UHGV virus genome: UHGV-1654121
Reading direction: 5' to 3' (one strand)
DNA from: a virus
Length of the DNA: 12,530 nucleotides
In this document: piece after piece, positions 7,751 through 12,530 of the stretch
Layout: each line of letters begins with the position of its first letter
How positions within the stretch are numbered: position 1 is the stretch's first letter
The notes under the pieces: generated by a model
Databases searched by the model: none
The model's input: the letters and a program-made list of their open reading frames with translations, nothing else
Told to the model about the DNA's origin: nothing
Program-made: the position numbers and the translations under genes

Positions 7751-8309
7751 ATGCGCAAATTTTTTCGCAGTCTTGCGAGTGACTGAGTGAGCGAGTAACT
7801 CTCTCCACCTCATGAATGTCGCCCAACGATCTTATACGCAGGGCAAGATTCCACGTACTCAATGTGCGCGCGTTACGCACCAGTTCTTCCCGTGCTTTTT
7901 CGTCTTTGCTGTCAAGACGACCGCAGTCGTTCAACCATTTAGCGACTTCCGCCCAGTCCCAGAGTGGAGACTGACCGCTGATACGCTGAACAGGGCAAGG
8001 AAAATCACCTTTGCCACGTAATCCGTCTTTAAGCAGAGTAATAGCCTGGCGCGTTAAGCCAGAGAGTTGAGCAATATCGCTCAAGCCTACCAGTGCTGAA
8101 TCTACCGATTCCACCACTGCGCCAATGCCTGCTGTTTCAATATCAAGGATTGCCGATTCGATTGCTTCATCTAAAGATTTAGCTTCTCGGTCAAATTCTA
8201 CATACACTGAGTTTCCGTAGTAGCAAATGAGCGCATCATCGCAACCGTGGCTATACAGAGCATCTGCGACTACACAGTACTGACTACAGGTTATCAGAAT
8301 TATCCCCAT
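7749..8309 (-). CDS. DNA-binding protein with C-terminal excisionase/AlpA-type HTH; N-terminal domain weakly HicB-like
   Basis: Only - strand gene in the window. C-terminal half LSDIAQLSGLTRQAITLLKDGLRGKGDFPCPVQRISGQSPLWDWAEVAKWL fits the HTH followed by a conserved W..EV..WL pattern seen in AlpA/excisionase-like HTH domains. N-terminal half (YSHGCDDAL...DREAKSLDEAIESAILDIE) loosely resembles the HicB-type antitoxin fold. No obvious SD upstream of the ATG at 8309. Confidence 0.55.
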   Translation of the reverse strand: MGIILITCSQYCVVADALYSHGCDDALICYYGNSVYVEFDREAKSLDEAIESAILDIETAGIGAVVESVDSALVGLSDIAQLSGLTRQAITLLKDGLRGKGDFPCPVQRISGQSPLWDWAEVAKWLNDCGRLDSKDEKAREELVRNARTLSTWNLALRIRSLGDIHEVERVTRSLSHSQDCEKICA

Positions 8310-8376
8310 TTACATCAGCTTATCTACGTCAGCCCTCAAGTTCTTCAGCAAGCCAGCTCCACCGCCTGATTCCAAC

Positions 8377-8850
8377 ATGATAAAATTGATATACGAAAAT
8401 AAGTATATAGATAACATTATGAGCACCGATATCTACGAAAAAATCATGTCCGATCTGGAGTTCGACCGCGACAATCTGGAGGAAGTCTGGCGTCAGCAAC
8501 CGCGCCTGTTGATGGAGTATGGCTCTAAGCTGGCGCGGGCAGAACGTGAGGTTGCAGATGCAAAACTCTCTCTCGACGCGATCGAGGCAAAAATCTATGA
8601 CAACGAGCGTAAGAGCTTGAGTATGAATGGAATTAAATTTAATGAATCCGTACTGGAAGCGAAGGTTAGAACCAACCCGCAATACCTCGCAAAGCGCCAG
8701 AAACTCGACGATGCTCGACACATTGCAGACCTGTACAAGCACGCTGTAGCCGCCTTCTCCCACCGCCGCGATATGATTGTCCAGGCGTCGAAGATGGCTA
8801 TCGTAGAGATAGAGCGTCTGGGGGCCGAACGATTCCATTTACCCCGTTAA
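8377..8850 (+). CDS. Coiled-coil protein, possibly a UvsY-like recombination mediator
   Basis: Charged, helix-rich 157-aa ORF co-oriented with the downstream SSB; length and coiled-coil character resemble UvsY, but no signature motif is confidently matched. Start uncertain (ATG 8377 or ATG 8419; neither has a clear SD). Preferred over the overlapping - strand ORF 8329..8838, which has antisense-like L/R/C/F-rich composition. Confidence 0.5.
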   Translation: MIKLIYENKYIDNIMSTDIYEKIMSDLEFDRDNLEEVWRQQPRLLMEYGSKLARAEREVADAKLSLDAIEAKIYDNERKSLSMNGIKFNESVLEAKVRTNPQYLAKRQKLDDARHIADLYKHAVAAFSHRRDMIVQASKMAIVEIERLGAERFHLPR

Positions 8851-8969
8851 TTTATGCTAGATAGTAAGTAAGTACTGATCTATCATTCTTCTCGCTCGAA
8901 AGAGCCACGAACAAACGAACGCCCAATGCGCATAGCGCCAATGGCCACAATCACAACAAGGAGAAATAC

Positions 8970-9986
8970 ATGTCTAAGTCATTACTTGATCTGCTTAACA
9001 AGACCCGTGGCGATATTGCTTCCAAACGTGGCAATAACATTGATTTGACCCGTCTGAAAGATGGCAATAACTATCTGCGCATTTTTCCGAACAAGGACGA
9101 TCCGAATGGCGTGTTCTTCCAGACTTTCGGTATGCACTACGTTAAGCATCAGAATGAGGAAGGCAAAGATGTAACCACCGCCTATATCTGCGAACAACAC
9201 ACCCACGGCCACGCTTGCCAGCTGTGTGAGATGGTTATGGAAGGTCGCGCTCGCTTTAAGGGCAACAAAGCGATGGAAGAGCGCATTAATAGTATGCGTG
9301 CTACGCCGCGTTATCTGGTCAACGGTGTTCTGTCTGCGCGTGAAGACTTTGCGGACGCAGAGAAATGCCAGCTGATTGAGCTGCCGTCTACGGTCTTCGA
9401 CGATATCTGCAAAGTGATGTCCGAAGATATTGCGGACGATATTGGCAACCCACTGAGCAAAGAAGAAGGCTATGCGTTCCTGATTAAACGCACCGGTTCC
9501 GGTCGTGACACCAAGTACGACGTATCCCCGAAACGTAAAGTCTACAAAGGCGACATTCCTGAGAAGCTCTGGACTACCCAACACGATCTGATCGCATATG
9601 CGAACCAGGCTGACGAAACTCGTTTGCTGTCCACGGCTCGCACTATGGGTCGTCTGATTGGTATTGCGGCTCCGGCAGCAACTATGTCCTCACCAGCCAT
9701 TTCTTCCGCTGCAAAATCAGCCGCAGCTGGACTGCCAGGCTTTGGCTCTATCACTGGTCATACGGAAGGCGCAGCTGCTGTCGCTACAGCACATACTCCG
9801 GCGCCAGAGTCCACCAGCCTGGTTGATGAAGAGATCCTGCGTGCCGCTGAAGCTGAGTTCAAACCGGAAGAAGCGAAAGCTCCGGAAGCCACCGAAGCCG
9901 CAAGTGCTTCAGCATCTGCTGCCGCTGCATCTGTACCAGCTGATGAAGGTCTCGATAACCTGCTGGCTGAACTGGACGCTCTGTAA
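8970..9986 (+). CDS. T4 gp32-like single-stranded DNA-binding protein
   Basis: AAGGAG at 8958-8963 with a 6-nt spacer. N-terminal block LRIFPNKDDPNGVFF and His/Cys cluster H60...C74-x8-C83-x2-C86 (encoded about 9147-9227) parallel the gp32 Zn-binding subdomain (H-x12-C-x9-C-x2-C in T4). Ala/Ser-rich linker and acidic C-terminal tail (...DEGLDNLLAELDAL) are typical of SSB partner-interaction tails. Confidence 0.8.
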   Translation: MSKSLLDLLNKTRGDIASKRGNNIDLTRLKDGNNYLRIFPNKDDPNGVFFQTFGMHYVKHQNEEGKDVTTAYICEQHTHGHACQLCEMVMEGRARFKGNKAMEERINSMRATPRYLVNGVLSAREDFADAEKCQLIELPSTVFDDICKVMSEDIADDIGNPLSKEEGYAFLIKRTGSGRDTKYDVSPKRKVYKGDIPEKLWTTQHDLIAYANQADETRLLSTARTMGRLIGIAAPAATMSSPAISSAAKSAAAGLPGFGSITGHTEGAAAVATAHTPAPESTSLVDEEILRAAEAEFKPEEAKAPEATEAASASASAAAASVPADEGLDNLLAELDAL

Positions 9987-10002
9987 TCCCATAACGTGAC
10001 CA

Positions 10003-10031
10003 GTAAGGCGTCTGCGGACGCCTTACTTTTT
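10003..10031 (+). terminator. Rho-independent terminator downstream of the SSB gene
   Basis: gtaaggcgtc-tgcg-gacgccttac followed by ttttt: 10-bp stem (10003-10012 / 10017-10026), 4-nt loop, T-run 10027-10031; located 17 nt after the SSB stop codon. Confidence 0.75.
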
Positions 10032-10046
10032 GGAAGGAGTGTACCG

Positions 10047-10991
10047 GTGAATTATCTCTTTGTGGACGGTAACAGCCTGGGCTATTACCACCAGCAATCC
10101 GACAAATTACACAACGGCGAGATGGAAGTTCAGGCGGCTTTTGGCTTCGTGAAGAACGTTCGTCGTTACGCCTCAATTCTCCATGCCCGGCCAATGATCT
10201 TGTGGGATGGATTCAGCGACAAACGTCGCGACTTCTACCCGGAGTACAAAGCGAACCGCGACGACGACCCGGACATGAAGAAGATGAAAGAAGGCTTTGC
10301 CATCCAGAAGCCGTACATCTTGAAAATGATGACCGCGCTGGGCGTTAACCAACTCATTGCAAAGGACGCAGAAGCGGATGACCTGGCTGGAATGCTGGTC
10401 TCTCGTCTGGCTCCGCAGCCGACTGTTGACCATATCTATCTGCTAACGGGCGATGGCGACTGGCTCCAGCTTGTTCGTGAGAACGTGAGCTGGATAAGCC
10501 TGCGTGAAGACGCCAAGCACAAGCAGGTGAACTTCGAACAGTTCGCAGAGCTGACCGGTCTGCCGACCCCACGCGCGTTTCTGGAAGCGAAAGCGTTGCA
10601 GGGCGATAACTCGGACAACATCAAAGGCGTAGGTGGCATTGGTGATGGTGGCGCGAAAGAGCTGCTTCATGAATGGGGAAGCGTGGCCGCAATGGTACGC
10701 GGCATTAACGACGGTTCCATTGTCATCAACAAAGGTCGCTATAAGACGGCATTCAACAAGCTGGCAAAGAACGCCTTCAACGAGAAGACGGGCTGCCGGA
10801 TGCTCGAAGCCTTTAAGCGCAACATGATGCTGATGAACCTTATCGACACAAAATTCCCACCCAGCGAAATCGAGTCGATTAAAGGCGCACGCGATATGAG
10901 CGCCTTTGAACAGATGTGTTACGAGCTGAATTTCCGTTCGTTTCTGGAAGATCTGGAAGTGTTTGTTCTGCCGTTTGAGAGGTATTGCTGA
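10047..10991 (+). CDS. 5'-3' exonuclease / flap endonuclease (FEN, T4 RNase H / Pol I 5'-exo family)
   Basis: Conserved FEN blocks: (M)NYLFVDGNSLGYY, ILWDGFSDKRRDFYPEYKANRDD, EADDLAGML, LLTGDGDWLQLV, H3TH-like GDNSDNIKGVGGIG. Start placed at GTG 10047 (GGAAGGAG at 10032-10039, 7-nt spacer) rather than track start 9996, because the intervening sequence is the 10003-10031 terminator. Confidence 0.85.
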   Translation: MNYLFVDGNSLGYYHQQSDKLHNGEMEVQAAFGFVKNVRRYASILHARPMILWDGFSDKRRDFYPEYKANRDDDPDMKKMKEGFAIQKPYILKMMTALGVNQLIAKDAEADDLAGMLVSRLAPQPTVDHIYLLTGDGDWLQLVRENVSWISLREDAKHKQVNFEQFAELTGLPTPRAFLEAKALQGDNSDNIKGVGGIGDGGAKELLHEWGSVAAMVRGINDGSIVINKGRYKTAFNKLAKNAFNEKTGCRMLEAFKRNMMLMNLIDTKFPPSEIESIKGARDMSAFEQMCYELNFRSFLEDLEVFVLPFERYC

Positions 10992-11257
10992 TGCTGAAAT
11001 CCATCATTAATGGCGGGGCAACTACGCCAACCATGCTGGCAAAGGAGATTGTTTTCTGCCACGGCGAGCACGCTGTGGTAGCGCTGCCGAACATTCTGGG
11101 CGCTGCTGGCATTTCTGCTACTGAGCGTGAGTTCGCGCTGGTCAGTGAGCAGGTCGTGAAGATCATCGCTCGCGTCGCCAAACACCTGAACCACGACGCA
11201 ATCAAGTTTGACGAAGCCGCTGCTTCGAAGCGAATCAACGAATCAAAAGGAGCCTAA
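10991..11257 (+). CDS. Small hypothetical protein (88 aa from the ATG)
   Basis: ATG at 10991 overlaps the FEN stop codon (TGATG, 1-nt overlap), suggesting translational coupling; ends 2 nt before the recombinase RBS/start. Track lists it from TTG 10985. No recognisable motif. Confidence 0.45.
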   Translation: MLKSIINGGATTPTMLAKEIVFCHGEHAVVALPNILGAAGISATEREFALVSEQVVKIIARVAKHLNHDAIKFDEAAASKRINESKGA

Positions 11258-11259
11258 TC

Positions 11260-12530
11260 ATGGCAAAAGGCAAATCCGCACTGGCACTGGCGCTGAAAAA
11301 GAAAATCGGCAGCAATGACGAGATTCAGAAGGTCTCCCACTGGATTGACTCCGGTTTCCCTCCACTGAACAAAGCCATTTCCGGACGTTACGACGGTGGT
11401 TTTCCGTGTGGGCGTATCGTTGAAGTCTTCGGGCCACCAAGCGCGGGGAAATGTGTTACCGCAGACACCATGCTGCTGACGGAGCGTGGAATGGTAACAG
11501 TGAAAGAACTGTTTGAGATTGAGGGGCACAAAGCAACATGCACTACTCGCGATGTAGAGCATAACGTTGGACTCATCAATGAAAATGGCGTGATAGAGAA
11601 GACCTCACACCTGACATGGAACAACCGTCGCAAATTCAAGCGCATTAAGCTGGCATCAGGGGGTTACATCGAGGCTACGTTCCGTCACCCAATTCGTGTG
11701 GTTGACGACTTAGGCAATATCGTCTGGCGGTATGCTGAAAAAATCAGTGTAGGCGACACGATTCCTTCAATGGTTGGCACACATCAATTCGGCGATCAGC
11801 ACTTGGATGCCAATATCGCAAAACTGATGGGCTATTTAATTGCTGACGGATACGTGGCCTCTGAAAATTCTGTGCATTTTTCTAACACAGCTCCATTCAT
11901 CAAGGATGAGTACTACCGCCTCATTTCGCTGGTATCAGACAAGATGCCAGTTACGAGAAAACATAACGGCTCGGAAGACCATGTGCTGTTTAGCAAAGAG
12001 GTGCGTTCGCTGCTTTTTAAAGAATATGGTCTGGAGTATGAGAAAGCTGCTTGCAAGCAGGTTCAGTTGAGTGTGCGTCGCGCCAATAGCGAGGCTCAAA
12101 TTGCATTCCTTCGCGGCTACTTTGAGCTGGAATGCCACGTCAATGATGGTCGCTGCATTGAGGTTGTGAGCGCGAGTGGGCTGCTGCTACAGCAAATTCG
12201 CCTCATGCTCCTGAATCTGGGGATTGCGTCAACTATCTCTGAAAAACACGTCGCAGGTTATAAAAACATATATTACCGGCTGTCATTCAGTGGCTCTAAC
12301 TACGACCTTTTCCTGTCAACGATTGGGTTCGAGTCTCCGGCTCGTTTAGCAGTGGCAACCAAACGGGACATTAGTTTTGACCGCACTTATTTAGGCTACG
12401 TTCCGCACATCAGCGGCTTAGTGAAATCACTCTACGAGTCACTCACCAAGACCTCTCGTAAAGACTACGTTCTGGTAGATCACGTTCTTGGCCGCGGCGA
12501 TCGTGTCGGAATAGACAAACTGCGAGAAAT
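11260..12530 (+). CDS. RecA-like recombinase, N-extein plus intein-interrupted P-loop (partial; continues beyond window)
   Basis: AAGGAG at 11247-11252, ATG 11260. N-extein ...GFPCGRIVEVFGPPSAGK closely parallels bacterial RecA GRIVEIYGPESSGKT; the reading frame stays open to the window end. After GK the sequence switches to intein blocks (see mobile_element). Confidence 0.85.
   Translation, partial: MAKGKSALALALKKKIGSNDEIQKVSHWIDSGFPPLNKAISGRYDGGFPCGRIVEVFGPPSAGKCVTADTMLLTERGMVTVKELFEIEGHKATCTTRDVEHNVGLINENGVIEKTSHLTWNNRRKFKRIKLASGGYIEATFRHPIRVVDDLGNIVWRYAEKISVGDTIPSMVGTHQFGDQHLDANIAKLMGYLIADGYVASENSVHFSNTAPFIKDEYYRLISLVSDKMPVTRKHNGSEDHVLFSKEVRSLLFKEYGLEYEKAACKQVQLSVRRANSEAQIAFLRGYFELECHVNDGRCIEVVSASGLLLQQIRLMLLNLGIASTISEKHVAGYKNIYYRLSFSGSNYDLFLSTIGFESPARLAVATKRDISFDRTYLGYVPHISGLVKSLYESLTKTSRKDYVLVDHVLGRGDRVGIDKLRE
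11452..12530 (+). mobile_element. Intein with LAGLIDADG homing-endonuclease domain inserted in the Walker A (P-loop) of the recombinase (partial; C-terminal splice junction outside window)
   Basis: Intein block A starts at Cys codon TGT 11452-11454 (CVTADTMLLTERGMVTVKEL); block B-like GGYIEATFRHPIRV (T..H); LAGLIDADG motif 1 KLMGYLIADGYV (about 11824-11856); motif 2 AFLRGYFELECHV (about 12103-12135). Insertion directly after GPPSAGK implies the missing Thr of GKT is the +1 C-extein nucleophile. Confidence 0.8.

Noticed and set aside
7244-7813. 189-aa - strand ORF overlapping the polymerase 3' end and the terminator
   Set aside because: It runs antisense through the UDG-like domain coding region and straight across the bidirectional terminator hairpin; there is no RBS.
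7812-8021. 69-aa + strand ORF
   Set aside because: Antisense to the longer - strand HTH gene (7749..8309), which has a recognisable DNA-binding motif; this ORF has no RBS and an arbitrary composition.
8329-8838. 169-aa - strand ORF overlapping the coiled-coil gene
   Set aside because: L/R/C/F-rich, antisense-like composition; the + strand ORF has a protein-like charged helical sequence and fits the operon orientation.
9996-10046. GTG 9996 as start of the exonuclease
   Set aside because: This region is the rho-independent terminator 10003-10031 followed by the SD for GTG 10047; FEN homologs begin at the conserved N-terminal hydrophobic/VDG block.
11840-12070. 76-aa + strand ORF inside the intein region
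   Set aside because: It is in a different frame from the continuous recombinase/intein reading frame, which carries LAGLIDADG motifs across the same nucleotides.
1-12530. Exact T4 late-promoter (TATAAATA) or MotA-box middle-promoter motifs; tRNA, rRNA or CRISPR repeats
   Set aside because: Scanning the intergenic regions by eye found only approximate matches (tatataagta, ctataagatata) and no repeat-spacer arrays or cloverleaf-like tRNA candidates; not enough to call.

Overview
This window reads as a replication/recombination module of a large virulent dsDNA phage of a Gram-negative host (inference from strong Shine-Dalgarno sites, tight gene packing, about 50% GC and gene content). All calls rest on motifs read by eye from the supplied translations; no database search was run. 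Nine of ten genes are on the + strand, in order: a small unknown ORF, a CobT-like vWA protein (HExxH motif, long acidic low-complexity segment, MIDAS DxSxS), a CobS/MoxR-like AAA+ ATPase, a doubtful small Cys-rich ORF, a DnaE-type (Pol III alpha-like) polymerase, a coiled-coil protein that may be UvsY-like, a T4 gp32-like SSB with a Zn site, a 5'-3' exonuclease/FEN, a small unknown ORF, and a RecA-like recombinase whose P-loop is interrupted by an intein with a LAGLIDADG homing endonuclease (runs off the window end). One gene on the - strand (HTH protein) sits between a bidirectional terminator and a divergent intergenic region. The most unusual features are the DnaE-like polymerase, which has a degenerate PHP domain and a C-terminal extension resembling a UDG-fold domain with altered catalytic motifs, and the intein in the recombinase. 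No tRNA, rRNA or CRISPR array was seen.
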